Shown here in pieces: positions 30,238 through 41,308 of a stretch of 64,000 nt of DNA. The stretch spans positions 6,051 to 70,050 of the forward strand of contig JBMLPC010000052.1 in NCBI GenBank assembly GCA_049242305.1. The letters run 5' to 3'. Within the stretch, counting starts at the first letter, position 1. The number at the start of each line of letters is the position of its first letter. The position numbers were made by a program, and so were the translations under genes. The notes under the pieces are model-generated. The model worked only from the letters and a program-made list of their open reading frames with translations, did not search any database and was not told where the DNA came from. Origin of the DNA: Aquiluna sp. (GTDB taxonomy: Bacteria; Actinomycetota; Actinomycetes; Actinomycetales; Microbacteriaceae).

Positions 30238-30922
30238 AACCCGCAATCGGGTCGATGCTAATAATTAGCGCGGCTGTCCAGTGGCAAAAGAACGCCGCAA
30301 CAGTTAGCGCATGGAAATACTCGTGGTAACCAAAGTGCTTCGCATCCTTTTTTGGCCATTTTGCACCATAGAAAATTGCACCCAGCGTGTAGAAAAGACC
30401 ACCAATAGCTATTAGCAACATCATGAGCCAGTTTGCTTGCCACAGGTCAACGACATAGAAAACTGCCAACCAACCCATAGCTAAATAAATTGGCACATAC
30501 AACCAACGTGGTGCATTGATCCAAAAAACCCTAAAGAAAATTCCAATCAAACCCACTGTCCAAACTGTGACAAGCAGCATTATTCCTTTATCTCTTTCCA
30601 AGGCGGAAAAAGCCATCGGAGTATAAGTGCCGGCAATCAATAGAAAAATGTTCGCATGATCGATGCGCTTAAGAATCATCTTGATCATGGGTCGCCAATT
30701 GAAGCGGTGATAGAGGGCTGAATTTCCAAACAGCAACACGGAGCTTCCAAAGTAGATTGCCGCGGCTGTCTTCGCTAACCATCCCTCGGCAAAGACCAGT
30801 AAGACTATGCCCCCAATCACTACGAATGGAAGCACCCCGGTGTGAATCCAGCCACGCCAAGTTGGCTTGGTCTCCTGAGGGGCAGGGGCTAGTTCCGACA
30901 GGGGAAAGTTGGATTCGCTCAC
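30221..30922 (-). CDS. Hemolysin III / PAQR (TrhA-like) membrane protein
   Basis: KPTWRGWIH, SALYH, RIDHANIFLLIAGTYTP, GYHEYFH. Confidence 0.93.
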   Translation of the reverse strand: MSESNFPLSELAPAPQETKPTWRGWIHTGVLPFVVIGGIVLLVFAEGWLAKTAAAIYFGSSVLLFGNSALYHRFNWRPMIKMILKRIDHANIFLLIAGTYTPMAFSALERDKGIMLLVTVWTVGLIGIFFRVFWINAPRWLYVPIYLAMGWLAVFYVVDLWQANWLMMLLIAIGGLFYTLGAIFYGAKWPKKDAKHFGYHEYFHALTVAAFFCHWTAALIISIDPIAGSIAGV

Positions 30923-31072
30923 CCCGAGAGTTTAAGCCAGAAAAGCTGGGATGCCCCAAGATTTGGAGCAGATGACCGCTCGGTGAATCCTGAAAAGATT
31001 CGGCGTGTTTATTCTGACCAACCTTAAAGCTCAGGCGTAGATTGAGCGAAAGCTCAACAGGCAGGAGCACAA

Positions 31073-32434
31073 GTGGCAAGCTCTCCAAAGTCCAAGTCAT
31101 CAGCAAAAAAGACTGCGGCCCAGGAGGTGAGCAAGCCCACTTCAGCAAAGAAGCCTGAAACCTCGGTTAGAACCTTCGTTTTGGACACTTCAGTCCTCCT
31201 CTCGGATCCGAAAGCTCTATTTCGCTTCGCAGAGCATGAAGTAGTAATCCCAATTGTTGTTATCAATGAGCTTGAAAAGAAGCGAAACGACTTAGAAATT
31301 GGCTACTTTGCAAGAAAAGCACTCAGATTCTTGGATGACCTGCGGCAAAAGCACGAGCGTCTGGACTTCCCAGTTGAAGTTGGCGACGGCGGAACTCTGC
31401 GGGTTGAACTAAATCACATAGATCCTTCGATTCTTCCTGCCGGCTTCCAGCTGGGCGATAACGACTCACGAATCTTGGCGGTGGCTGCCAACCTAAACAA
31501 CGAGGGTTTTGACGTAACAGTCGTTTCAAAAGACCTACCCATGCGTGTCAAGGCATCCGCGATTGGACTGAGGGCAGAAGAGTACCTGCACGAGCTGGCA
31601 ACCGATGAATGGAGTGGCGTAAGCGACCTTCACCTGTCGGCAACTGAAATGGCCAACCTCTATGACTCCGAGGAGATCTCTCATCCAGATGCAAAGAATC
31701 TTCCAACCAATACCGGACTAATAATTCACTCCGAGCGAGGCAGTGCCCTGGGTCGCGTTAGCCAGCACGGAACGGTCAAGCTAGTCAGGGGAGACAGAGA
31801 AGTATTCGGCGTGCATGGCCGCAGCGCAGAGCAGCGACTAGCAATCGACATGCTGTTAGACCCAGAAATCGGAATCCTATCCCTCGGTGGCCGAGCTGGA
31901 ACCGGCAAGAGTGCGCTTGCACTTTGCGCTGGCTTGGAATCAGTTTTGGAGCGCAGGCAACACAAACGCATCATGGTCTTCCGACCTCTTTATGCGGTGG
32001 GCGGTCAAGAGCTTGGCTATTTGCCTGGGACCGAAGGGGAGAAAATGAACCCCTGGGCCCAGGCTGTATTCGACACCCTTGGTGCACTTGTTTCAAAAGA
32101 AGTGATTGACGAAGTAGTAAACCGAAATATTTTGGAGATCCTGCCACTGACCCACATCAGAGGTCGTTCTTTGCATGACAGCTTTGTTATTGTCGACGAG
32201 GCTCAGTCACTGGAGAGAAATGTTCTTTTAACGATGCTTTCCAGAATCGGTCAAAAGTCTCGCGTGATTCTTACACATGACGTTGCCCAGCGCGACAATC
32301 TGCGGGTTGGCAGACACGATGGTGTGGCATCCGTGGTTGAAACCCTGAAGGGGCAAGCGCTCTTTGGACACATCACTCTGACCCGCAGCGAGCGAAGTGA
32401 TATTGCGGCACTAGTCACTGACCTGCTGGATTAG
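31073..32434 (+). CDS. phoH2: PhoH2 (PIN domain plus PhoH ATPase)
   Basis: [31 protein letters not shown]. Confidence 0.93.
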   Translation: MASSPKSKSSAKKTAAQEVSKPTSAKKPETSVRTFVLDTSVLLSDPKALFRFAEHEVVIPIVVINELEKKRNDLEIGYFARKALRFLDDLRQKHERLDFPVEVGDGGTLRVELNHIDPSILPAGFQLGDNDSRILAVAANLNNEGFDVTVVSKDLPMRVKASAIGLRAEEYLHELATDEWSGVSDLHLSATEMANLYDSEEISHPDAKNLPTNTGLIIHSERGSALGRVSQHGTVKLVRGDREVFGVHGRSAEQRLAIDMLLDPEIGILSLGGRAGTGKSALALCAGLESVLERRQHKRIMVFRPLYAVGGQELGYLPGTEGEKMNPWAQAVFDTLGALVSKEVIDEVVNRNILEILPLTHIRGRSLHDSFVIVDEAQSLERNVLLTMLSRIGQKSRVILTHDVAQRDNLRVGRHDGVASVVETLKGQALFGHITLTRSERSDIAALVTDLLD

Positions 32435-32455
32435 CTGGGGATAACTAACCCCAGC
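32434..32455 (+). terminator. Hairpin after phoH2
   Basis: GCTGGGG-8 nt-CCCCAGC, weak U tract. Confidence 0.55.
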
Positions 32456-32483
32456 ATTTCTGCCAGCGGGCTAATTTGGCCAG

Positions 32484-32972
32484 GTGCAGCCAGTCTTTCT
32501 CTTGATCCCACTCGGCTATCTAATTGCTATTTCAATCCCGCTCGCAATTACTGACATTCGGGAACATCGATTGCCAAACAAGTTGACTCTCTCTGCGGCC
32601 CTGCTAACAATCACCTCGTTGGCTGCTGCGTCGGTAGTAAGCGGTGACTGGCAGGCGCTTATCTTTGCCCTCGTTGCAGCCCTGGCAACCTTTTTGATCG
32701 GCTGGTTCTTAGCGGCTAGGGCAGCGATTGGCATGGGAGACATCAAGCTGCTAATTTCCTTAAACGCCTTCGCTGGCTATCTCTCACCACTCTTGCCACT
32801 TATTTCTATGGCAGTTGCTCTCCTGGCAGCGACACTAATTAGCGCAATTTTTCTGTTTGGGAGGCGGTTGAGCTGGCAGAGCTCGATTGCCCTGGGGCCG
32901 TATTTGTTGTTGGGATTCTTTGTTGCAGTTGCGCCAAGCGCCATCGAGGTTACTGTGGCGGCTTGGTCATAG
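32484..32972 (+). CDS. A24 prepilin peptidase (membrane domain only)
   Basis: [25 protein letters not shown]. Confidence 0.88.
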   Translation: MQPVFLLIPLGYLIAISIPLAITDIREHRLPNKLTLSAALLTITSLAAASVVSGDWQALIFALVAALATFLIGWFLAARAAIGMGDIKLLISLNAFAGYLSPLLPLISMAVALLAATLISAIFLFGRRLSWQSSIALGPYLLLGFFVAVAPSAIEVTVAAWS

Positions 32973-34338
32973 GCAGAACAGCTAGCGCCTTGTCTAGCTG
33001 CTCCATGGTTAGCTTTTCACCATCCACAAATCCAAGTGCAACCGTTGCTTCCTTGACTGTGATTCCTTTTTCAACCGAGTACTTTGCGATCTTCGCAGCA
33101 GCTTCATAGCCGATGAATCGATTAAGTGGGGTGACAATTGAAGGCGAGGACTCCGCCAGAGCCTTCGCACGCTCTTGGTTAATTTCTAGACCCTTAACTG
33201 TCTTGTCCGCCAGAACGCGCATGGAGTTGGTCAAAAGGCGAATGGATTCCAGCAGGGCATTTCCCATAACGGGGATTGCAACATTGAGTTCGAAGTTGCC
33301 CGAGGCACCAGCCCAGGTCACCGTTGCATCATTTCCAATCACCCTCGCACAAACCATCAGGACAGCTTCCGGAACAACTGGATTCACTTTGCCAGGCATG
33401 ATTGAACTGCCAGGCTGCAAATCAGGAATGTGAATCTCAGCCAGCCCGGTGTTTGGTCCAGAACCCATCCAGCGAATGTCGTTATTAATCTTGGTCAAGC
33501 TGACAGCAATAACTTTGAGTGCTCCAGAGACTTCAACCAAAGCATCTCTAGCCCCCTGCGCTTCAAAGTGATCGCGGGCCTCCGTGATAGGCAATCCAGT
33601 GTCCTTGGCCAGTCGTTGAATAACTTCCTGAGGAAAACCTTTTGGTGTGTTGATTCCAGTTCCAGTTGCTGTTCCGCCCTGCGGCACCTCAGCAACCCTT
33701 GCAATGGTGGAATTGACTCTCTCGATTCCGTAGCGGATTTGCGCTGCGTAACCGGCAAATTCTTGACCAAAAGTGACAGGAGTGGCATCCATCAGGTGCG
33801 TGCGACCAGGCTTTACTGCCTCTTTCCAAGCTTTTGCTTTCTCTTCGAGCGAAGAAGCTAGATAGTCCAAAGCTGGAATCAAATCCTTCACCAGCGCACT
33901 GGTAACCGCAACGTGGACGCTGGTGGGGAAGACGTCGTTTGACGACTGACTGGCATTGACGTGATCATTTGGATGAACATCCTTACCAAGTCGGACACTG
34001 GCAATAGTCGCCAGGACTTCGTTCATGTTCATGTTTGAAGAAGTTCCCGAGCCAGTCTGGAAAACATCAACTGGGAATTCCGCAAAGTGCTTTCCAGCAA
34101 TCACTTCATCAGCAGCCGCGGAAATGGCATCTGCAATTTCATTTGAGAGGATTCCGAGCTTGGCATTGGCCTGGGCTGCCGCCTTCTTAATTCTGGCAAG
34201 TGCAATCAGGTGTTCCTGCTCGAGGGGAGTACCACTAATTGGGAAGTTCTCGACCGCGCGCTGAGTCTGAGCCCGATAGAGCGCATCCTTCGGGACTTTT
34301 ACTTCTCCCATAGTGTCGCGTTCAATGCGGTATTCCAT
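32950..34338 (-). CDS. fumC: Class II fumarate hydratase
   Basis: [30 protein letters not shown]. Confidence 0.97.
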   Translation of the reverse strand: MEYRIERDTMGEVKVPKDALYRAQTQRAVENFPISGTPLEQEHLIALARIKKAAAQANAKLGILSNEIADAISAAADEVIAGKHFAEFPVDVFQTGSGTSSNMNMNEVLATIASVRLGKDVHPNDHVNASQSSNDVFPTSVHVAVTSALVKDLIPALDYLASSLEEKAKAWKEAVKPGRTHLMDATPVTFGQEFAGYAAQIRYGIERVNSTIARVAEVPQGGTATGTGINTPKGFPQEVIQRLAKDTGLPITEARDHFEAQGARDALVEVSGALKVIAVSLTKINNDIRWMGSGPNTGLAEIHIPDLQPGSSIMPGKVNPVVPEAVLMVCARVIGNDATVTWAGASGNFELNVAIPVMGNALLESIRLLTNSMRVLADKTVKGLEINQERAKALAESSPSIVTPLNRFIGYEAAAKIAKYSVEKGITVKEATVALGFVDGEKLTMEQLDKALAVLPMTKPPQ

Positions 34339-34967
34339 TACCTGTCCTTTCGAAGCGGCCCGAGAGCTGAAATCAGCGAAACATTTCCCTCGGCCAGTCG
34401 ATACTCGGCACCGACCACTGCCAGTCTGCCAGATTCAATGTAGGAGCGGATGAGGCTTGACCGCTCAACCAGCTCGTCAATGGTGTCCTCGATGTGGTTG
34501 TGGGTCAGCTCGTCCAGGCTGCTTTCCCCGGCCGCTAATGATCTCTCGATGGTGGGTCCTATTCTGGCCACCAAGTTCTTGATGAATTCTCCCTCGGTAT
34601 TGAGCTTGCCCTGCTGCGAATCTAGCGAGGCCTTCACCGCCCCACACTCATCATGGCCAAGCACCAAGATCAAAGGAACTTTTAGAACCTCCACCGCAAA
34701 CTCCAACGAACCAAGGATTGTCTCAGCAATTACCTGACCCGCATTGCGAACAACGAATAAATCACCTAGGCCAACATCAAAAATCATCTCAGCGCTCAGG
34801 CGAGAGTCGGAACAACCAAACAGCGCTGCAAAAGGAGCCTGTTGATCTGCCAGTTCAACTCTTAGCTCCGCATCCTGCCTCGGATGGGCAGGAGTTCCGG
34901 CCACGAAGTTTTTGTTGCCAGCAGACAGCAAATCCCAGGCCTGCTGCGCGGTGGTGGGTCTGCTCAC
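34338..34967 (-). CDS. Beta-class carbonic anhydrase
   Basis: [19 protein letters not shown]. Confidence 0.95.
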   Translation of the reverse strand: MSRPTTAQQAWDLLSAGNKNFVAGTPAHPRQDAELRVELADQQAPFAALFGCSDSRLSAEMIFDVGLGDLFVVRNAGQVIAETILGSLEFAVEVLKVPLILVLGHDECGAVKASLDSQQGKLNTEGEFIKNLVARIGPTIERSLAAGESSLDELTHNHIEDTIDELVERSSLIRSYIESGRLAVVGAEYRLAEGNVSLISALGPLRKDR

Positions 34968-35522
34968 CTAATTTCCTAACTGCATCGCAATTGCTTCAGC
35001 CAGAATTGCAAAGTCTGTCTCAGCCGCTGTTCCATAGATTACAACTGTCCAGGATTCTCCTCGATAGAGCATGGCCAATTCTTTGGTGCTGGGGGGATCA
35101 GCTGGAGTTCTGGTCGGATAAATTTCCCAAGTCAGTCCAGCAATCTCCCTGGTGCTGGTCATGGCGTTTCCAGCCAGAACGTCCGCCTCCCAAGAAGGAT
35201 TTGAATCAAAGGCTTGGCTTAGTGCAATGAATTGAGAGCTCTCGGTTACAAAACCCACATACCAAACATCTAGTCCAAGCTGCTTTTCAATGCGGGCAGC
35301 ATTAGACCACCAGGTTGGAGGAATAGTTGGAGCCAACACATCTTTTGCCAAAGACGACTCTGCTTCACTTGCGACACTGAGGTAGTCGATTTTTTGAATC
35401 AAACTTGAATCATCCCTTGGAACGCCCAAGACAATTAGCGCAACAACCCCCAGAGTTGCCAGCATCGAGAAGACTAGATTGCGAACCGTTTGTTTGGCTC
35501 TGCGTTCGGACGCGCTACTCAC
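34968..35522 (-). CDS. DUF4245 family protein
   Basis: TVRNL-TM, W.SNAAR, WYVGFVT; downstream of xseB. Confidence 0.8.
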   Translation of the reverse strand: MSSASERRAKQTVRNLVFSMLATLGVVALIVLGVPRDDSSLIQKIDYLSVASEAESSLAKDVLAPTIPPTWWSNAARIEKQLGLDVWYVGFVTESSQFIALSQAFDSNPSWEADVLAGNAMTSTREIAGLTWEIYPTRTPADPPSTKELAMLYRGESWTVVIYGTAAETDFAILAEAIAMQLGN

Positions 35523-35728
35523 TTGCTGGCTTTTTTACCCTGGGCATCGGAGAGCTTTTTACGAGCGCCACTGAGCCACTCTTCACACACTTTGGCTAGC
35601 GCTTCGCCTCTTTCCCATAGTGCCATGGAGGCATCCAAAGTGACATTTTGCTGTTCGAGCTGAGCAACTACCTCTTGCAGCTCATCACGCGCTTCCTCAT
35701 AGCTCATTTTTGAAATGTCTTTAGCCAT
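35519..35728 (-). CDS. xseB: Exonuclease VII small subunit
   Basis: SYEEARDEL..VV.QLE, LWERGEAL. Confidence 0.93.
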   Translation of the reverse strand: MAKDISKMSYEEARDELQEVVAQLEQQNVTLDASMALWERGEALAKVCEEWLSGARKKLSDAQGKKASK

Positions 35729-36960
35729 CACTTTTTCCTAACCGACTTGGCAGTAGCCATTATTTCCTGTTTTGAGAGCTGAATTTTAAAGTCTTCTCCC
35801 TGCTTGACCTCTCGCAAGATTGCCCCGGCCTCATCAGTGACCAACGCATATCCGCGCTCGAGGGTCAATTTAGGAGAAAGAGCTCGCACGCTGCTGACCA
35901 GCTGGCCCAGCTCACTCTTAGCCTTAGTCAATCGCCAGTCCAAAATCTCTGTTAGGCGCTTGGTAAGGATGGTCAGCTGTTCGGTTTGGGCATCAACAAA
36001 ACCAAACGGACTGGCAAGCACCGGTCGCGAAACAATTGCTTTGATGAGCTGCTGCTGAGTTTCCAGGTAAGAACTAATGCGGAAAGTGATTCGATCAAGA
36101 GCGGTCTTGATGTTTTTTCTTTCCTCGACCACATCCGGCACTACTCGTTTCGCGGCATCGGTAGGAGTGGAGGCACGCAGATCGGCAACAAGGTCTAACA
36201 GTGGCTGATCATTCTCATGTCCGATTGCGCTGACCAGTGGTTTAGTTAGCTCAGAAGCGGCCCGAACCAGTCGCTCGTCGCTAAACGGAAGCAGATCTTG
36301 AAAACTTCCACCACCGCGCGCGATGATGATTACATCTACCTCGCTCATTGCATCCAGTTGCTGCATCGCCATTACAATTTCAGCGGCGGCACGGTCTCCT
36401 TGGACAAGTGTGTGGATCACTTCAAATTGAACTTCGGGCCAGCGATTTCTGGCGTTTTGCAAAACATCTTTTTCAGCATCCGAGTTGGCACCAGTTATGA
36501 GACCAATTTTGTTTGGCAAAAATGGCAAGGGCTTTTTTCGAGCTGGATCAGCAAGCCCTTCCTTGATTAGCTGTTGGCGCAGTTTTTCAATTCGCTCGAG
36601 CAGTTCACCGAGACCGACCTTGTGCATCTTCAGCACGCGCATCGTGAGTTTGCCATTTTTTGCCCAGAATGCAGGTTGCACCAGTGCAACCACTCGATCG
36701 CCTTGCTTTAGCCCAGCCTCAATATCGTCGTCACTGGCATCGAAGGCATGTATTTCTATCGAATTTTCCAGATCCAGGTCGCGCAGTGAGCCAAAAAGGT
36801 TGGTTCCACGCAGTTGAATTTGCTGAAGTTCTCCCTCGACCCAGACTCGGCCCAGTTTTTCAATCCAGTCCTTTAGGCTCTTAGACAGCTGAGAGACCCG
36901 CCAAGGGGAATGTTCACTGGAGACTTTCGATTGAGACTCTAGATCCGCTTTTTCCTGCAC
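35728..36960 (-). CDS. xseA: Exonuclease VII large subunit
   Basis: VWVEGE, RGGGS, SAIGHE.D, ASTPTDAA; GTG 36960 after GGAG. Confidence 0.95.
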   Translation of the reverse strand: MQEKADLESQSKVSSEHSPWRVSQLSKSLKDWIEKLGRVWVEGELQQIQLRGTNLFGSLRDLDLENSIEIHAFDASDDDIEAGLKQGDRVVALVQPAFWAKNGKLTMRVLKMHKVGLGELLERIEKLRQQLIKEGLADPARKKPLPFLPNKIGLITGANSDAEKDVLQNARNRWPEVQFEVIHTLVQGDRAAAEIVMAMQQLDAMSEVDVIIIARGGGSFQDLLPFSDERLVRAASELTKPLVSAIGHENDQPLLDLVADLRASTPTDAAKRVVPDVVEERKNIKTALDRITFRISSYLETQQQLIKAIVSRPVLASPFGFVDAQTEQLTILTKRLTEILDWRLTKAKSELGQLVSSVRALSPKLTLERGYALVTDEAGAILREVKQGEDFKIQLSKQEIMATAKSVRKK

Positions 36961-36994
36961 GGCTGGCTCCCTAAGCGGTTCGTAGAATTGGACG

Positions 36995-37987
36995 GTGACT
37001 GCTATTAACCCTAACGCTAGGGCAGACAAAGAAACCCAGAAAAGGGTCCTGCTAGCCGCCCCCAGAGGCTATTGCGCGGGAGTTGACCGTGCCGTGATTG
37101 CGGTCGAGAAGGCGCTGGACCACTATGGAGCCCCGGTCTATGTCCGCAAACAAATCGTCCACAACAAGCACGTGGTGCAGTCACTGGAAGCCAGGGGAGC
37201 CATCTTTGTCGATGAAGTCGACGAAGCACCTGAGGGTTGCGTGATGGTGTTTTCCGCCCACGGTGTTGCCCCAAGTGTGATTGAGGCAGCCCAGGCAAGA
37301 AATCAGAGAACAATCGATGCCACCTGCCCACTGGTTACCAAAGTTCACCGCGAAGTAATCAGATTTGCCAACGAAGGTTACGAAATTCTTCTGGTTGGTC
37401 ACGAGGGTCACGAAGAAGTCGAGGGAACCGCTGGTGAGGCGCCACACGCAGTAAAACTGATAGATGGCGATAAAGATATCGAATCTGCTCAAGTGAAAGA
37501 TCCAGAAAAAGTCATTTGGTTATCGCAGACCACTCTTTCGGTTGACGAGACCATGGAAACCGTTACAAAGCTTCGAAAGCGATTCCCGCTGATGCAAAAC
37601 CCACCGAGCGATGACATTTGCTACGCAACTCAGAACCGACAGGTTGCCATCAAGAAAGTTGGCGCAATGTCTGACTTGGTGATTGTGGTTGGATCTGCCA
37701 ACAGCTCAAACACAGTTCGATTGGTGGAAGTCGCACTCGATGCTGGAGCGAAAGCTGCTTACCGTGTTGACTTTGCATCAGAGATTGACGAGAAGTGGTT
37801 TGCTGGAGTTGAGACTGTCGGCGTGACTTCCGGAGCATCGGTTCCAGAAGAACTGGTGGATGATGTTTTGAAATACCTAGCTGATCGCGGCTATGGCTCA
37901 GTCGAAACAATCACCACTGCGGAAGAGGACATTCAGTTCTCTTTGCCGAAGGAACTAAGAAGAGACCTAAAGGCCGCTGGTCACTAA
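36995..37987 (+). CDS. ispH: HMBPP reductase
   Basis: [27 protein letters not shown]. Confidence 0.97.
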   Translation: MTAINPNARADKETQKRVLLAAPRGYCAGVDRAVIAVEKALDHYGAPVYVRKQIVHNKHVVQSLEARGAIFVDEVDEAPEGCVMVFSAHGVAPSVIEAAQARNQRTIDATCPLVTKVHREVIRFANEGYEILLVGHEGHEEVEGTAGEAPHAVKLIDGDKDIESAQVKDPEKVIWLSQTTLSVDETMETVTKLRKRFPLMQNPPSDDICYATQNRQVAIKKVGAMSDLVIVVGSANSSNTVRLVEVALDAGAKAAYRVDFASEIDEKWFAGVETVGVTSGASVPEELVDDVLKYLADRGYGSVETITTAEEDIQFSLPKELRRDLKAAGH

Positions 37988-39010
37988 CTACCAGCTGGAT
38001 TTGCCCGCAGAACCGAGCTGGGTGGCAGCCTCAACAATTCGCTTGGCCATTCCGGCTTCCGCTAACTTGCCCCAGTTGCGTGGATCATAGGTCTTCTTGT
38101 CTCCGACCTCACCGTCAATTCGCAGCACACCGTCGTAGTTTTTAAACATGTGATCAACAATTGGACGGGTGAATGCGTACTGAGTGTCAGTGTCAATGTT
38201 CATCTTGATGACACCATTCTTTACAGCCAGCGCAATTTCTTCCGAGGTTGAACCAGAGCCACCGTGGAAGACCAGGTCAAACGGCTTGTCTTTTCCATAC
38301 TTTTTACCAACCGCTTGCTGAATGTCAGCCAAAAGTTCAGGACGAAGCTTGACGTTGCCAGGCTTGTAAACTCCGTGAACGTTTCCGAATGTGAGAGCTG
38401 CTAGGTAGCGGCCATTTTCTCCTAGCCCAAGAGCTTCAGCTGTCTTCAGACCGTCCTCAACAGTGGTGTAAAGGTTTTCGCCCATACCGCCGGAGACACC
38501 GTCTTCCTCGCCACCAACCACTCCAACTTCGATTTCTAAAACAACGCCAATATCGCTGGTCTTGCTAAGCAGTTCCTTGGCAATTTCTAGGTTCTTGTCC
38601 AGAGGCACTGCCGAGCCATCCCACATATGTGAATTGAAGATCGGTTGACCACCCGCTTTTACCTGCTGGGTAGACAGGTCCAACAGCGGCCTTACAAAAC
38701 CAGCCAGCTGGTCTTCCGCGCAGTGATCTGTGTGGAGAGCAACTTTGATTGAGTAGTTCTTGGCAACCTCGCGAGCGAGAGCTGCAAATCCCAGAGCACC
38801 ACTTACTCGGTTCTTGATAGTGGGGCCGCTCCAGTAGTCGGCGCCACCGGTTGAAACCTGCAGTATTCCATCGCTACCGGCCGCTTGAAGTCCAGCCAGT
38901 GCCGCATTGAGAGTTTGTGATGAAGAAACATTGATGGCGGGGTAGGCAAACGACCCAGTCTTGGCTCGATTGAGCATCTCTTGGTATTCAGCGGAAGATA
39001 CGACTGGCAT
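37988..39010 (-). CDS. fbaA: Class II fructose-bisphosphate aldolase
   Basis: HTDHC, GGEEDG, FGNVHGVY, VFHGGSG. Confidence 0.96.
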   Translation of the reverse strand: MPVVSSAEYQEMLNRAKTGSFAYPAINVSSSQTLNAALAGLQAAGSDGILQVSTGGADYWSGPTIKNRVSGALGFAALAREVAKNYSIKVALHTDHCAEDQLAGFVRPLLDLSTQQVKAGGQPIFNSHMWDGSAVPLDKNLEIAKELLSKTSDIGVVLEIEVGVVGGEEDGVSGGMGENLYTTVEDGLKTAEALGLGENGRYLAALTFGNVHGVYKPGNVKLRPELLADIQQAVGKKYGKDKPFDLVFHGGSGSTSEEIALAVKNGVIKMNIDTDTQYAFTRPIVDHMFKNYDGVLRIDGEVGDKKTYDPRNWGKLAEAGMAKRIVEAATQLGSAGKSSW

Positions 39011-39012
39011 TT

Positions 39013-40029
39013 TTACCCCTTAGCCTTTGCCGGTTCGCCCAGCAGGCGAGCACGATCTGGAATTAGTTCAACTGTAGCCTCCACCAGGTTCTCAATGGAT
39101 TGCAGACCACTGGTCGGCTGTTGAACCTTTGCAGCACCCCACTGAACAGCGGAGGCAATACCCTTGGCGACATCAAAGCCAACGCCATAGGCATTTGGAT
39201 CTGATTCCTCGTTTGCGACTGCCGCCAAAAATCCTGCGATGGTGGAATCTCCTGCGCCAACCGTGTTGATGACCTTGACTGGTTTTGTATAGGCATGAAT
39301 GGCGTGAGTCTTGGTAACTGCAACAATTCCGTCAACCCCCAGAGACGCCATCACACAGTTGACACCCCAGTCATTTAGTTCGCGAGCAGCATCAATAACA
39401 TCACCAATGGTGTTGAGGTCCTTATTGACACATTCCGAAAGCTCATGTGAATTTGGTTTCATGATGGTGGCGCTACCTTTTTGTGCCCAGTAGCGCAGGG
39501 CTGGTCCAGAGGTATCGAGAATTACTCTTACCCCTAGCGCTTCCATCCGATCAAACAGCGGCTGCAGGTCAATCACCTTGCCAGTTTCAACAATTTCCGG
39601 GTGAGCACCCGCAATCACCAGCCACTTCGCTTCGTAGTCTTTTACAGTGCGCTCGGTCAGATCAATTACGGATTTCCAATCGCGCTCATATAGCGGTCTC
39701 GGGTGTTCATTAATCTTGGTGGTGGGGCCGTCATATTCGACAACGGTGGTTGAAACACGAAGTGTGCCATCGACCCAAAGTGGAATGAGAAAACTAGAGC
39801 CGGTGCGCTTGAGCACACCTGGATCGGCATTACCAATTGGGATTACGCCCGGTGCTGCCATGTTCACCAGCTGAAGTCCACGGGAGACGTTGATTCCCTT
39901 GCCAGCCAACTCTTCACCTACGCGCTCAGCGCGGTTGACGCCACCTTCGACCAGGTCCTTAACAAAATAGGTGCGGTCCAGCGTCGGGGAGGGGGTCAGG
40001 GTTACTACCGGGGATTTCCGCTCGGCCAT
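39013..40029 (-). CDS. 1-phosphofructokinase family (PfkB) hexose-phosphate kinase
   Basis: TPSPTLD, GKGINVS, KPN..EL, NTVGAGDS; AAGGAG RBS. Confidence 0.85.
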   Translation of the reverse strand: MAERKSPVVTLTPSPTLDRTYFVKDLVEGGVNRAERVGEELAGKGINVSRGLQLVNMAAPGVIPIGNADPGVLKRTGSSFLIPLWVDGTLRVSTTVVEYDGPTTKINEHPRPLYERDWKSVIDLTERTVKDYEAKWLVIAGAHPEIVETGKVIDLQPLFDRMEALGVRVILDTSGPALRYWAQKGSATIMKPNSHELSECVNKDLNTIGDVIDAARELNDWGVNCVMASLGVDGIVAVTKTHAIHAYTKPVKVINTVGAGDSTIAGFLAAVANEESDPNAYGVGFDVAKGIASAVQWGAAKVQQPTSGLQSIENLVEATVELIPDRARLLGEPAKAKG

Positions 40030-40105
40030 GAGACTCCTTGGATGTGAATAATGAAAAGACACTCACACCGTTGTAGGCGCCTGTCTAACTATAGCCAAGC
40101 CGCCC

Positions 40106-41290
40106 CTATTTCTCCTCGGCCAACTCCTTGGCGGTCAGGGCACTGGGGGAGCTTTCAATCTGCTTAGGCGCCTCAATGGTCTCAACTCCCAGTTGGTTTT
40201 CGTCTAAGTCGTTTAGCTTGCGGGCGGTGACCAGCATTCGTGATTCCAGCGAAGAAACAAAGCTGTTATAGCTCTTTACGGTTGAGGTGATTTTGCTACC
40301 CAGGTCGGAAGCCAGCTCCGCCACCTTGCCAACTCGCTCATAAAGCTCCCGGCCTAGTTTGATCATGGAGCGAACCTGATTCTCGTCTGCATTTTGTCGC
40401 CAGATGTAGTTGATGGTCTTTAGAACCGAAAACAGTGACACCGGTGAGGCCAGCGCGACATTCTTTCTAAAGGCATACTCCATCAGACTCGGCTCCAGCT
40501 CCAGGGCTGACGAGAGCAGAGATTCGGTGGGAACAAAACAAATTACAAAATCAGGCGAGCTATCGAGCCCTTCCCAGTAAGCGCGATTTGCCAGCTCATC
40601 AATGTGGCCCTTGACTGCTTTGACGTGCTCTGTCAGCAGTCGCTTTCTGCGCTCCTGCTCTTCGGCTAGCGCCAACTCACTGATGGCCGAAGCCTCCTGA
40701 TATTTATCAAAGGGAACCTTCGAATCAATCGCCAGCGTCTTACCTCCCGGCAAATTAATGATCATGTCGGCGCGGCCGCTCTTGTCAGCTGTGTTGATAG
40801 TGGCCTGCTCCGAAAAATCAGCGTGCTTGATCAGTCCGGCCAGCTCCACCAATTTGCGCAGCTGAGTTTCACCCCAAACTCCGCGCAGCGAATTCGAAGT
40901 CAGCGCCTGCGAGAGGGCTTGAGTTTGCTTTCGAAGATTTTCATCAATTTCAATTGCGCTCTTTAGCTGCTCGGAGATGGTGCTGAACTGCTCGAGTCGC
41001 TCTTTTTCCAGCCTCTGCACAGTTGACTGCATTTGTTCGAGCTGCTGCTTTACCGGAGCGAGCTCTAATAAAACCTTGTTTTCCTGCTCCTGCTGTAGCG
41101 CATGTTCTTTGGATTTTTCATCCGCTCGCTTCAACTGGGCACGCAGCTCCGCTTCGGTTGCCAGCAGGGCAGCAATCTTCGCTGCTTCAGTTCCGCCACC
41201 CTTGCGCTTGGCAACGCGATAGCCAATCAGCGCACCAATAATGAGCCCAAACACCAGGGCATTGAGGCTGAGCCAAACTACGGTTTCCAT
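40106..41290 (-). CDS. rmuC: DNA recombination protein RmuC
   Basis: RGVWGETQL, IDSKVP, PDFVICFVP. Confidence 0.93.
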   Translation of the reverse strand: METVVWLSLNALVFGLIIGALIGYRVAKRKGGGTEAAKIAALLATEAELRAQLKRADEKSKEHALQQEQENKVLLELAPVKQQLEQMQSTVQRLEKERLEQFSTISEQLKSAIEIDENLRKQTQALSQALTSNSLRGVWGETQLRKLVELAGLIKHADFSEQATINTADKSGRADMIINLPGGKTLAIDSKVPFDKYQEASAISELALAEEQERRKRLLTEHVKAVKGHIDELANRAYWEGLDSSPDFVICFVPTESLLSSALELEPSLMEYAFRKNVALASPVSLFSVLKTINYIWRQNADENQVRSMIKLGRELYERVGKVAELASDLGSKITSTVKSYNSFVSSLESRMLVTARKLNDLDENQLGVETIEAPKQIESSPSALTAKELAEEK

Positions 41291-41308
41291 ACTCGAAGTA
41301 TCCCAGTG

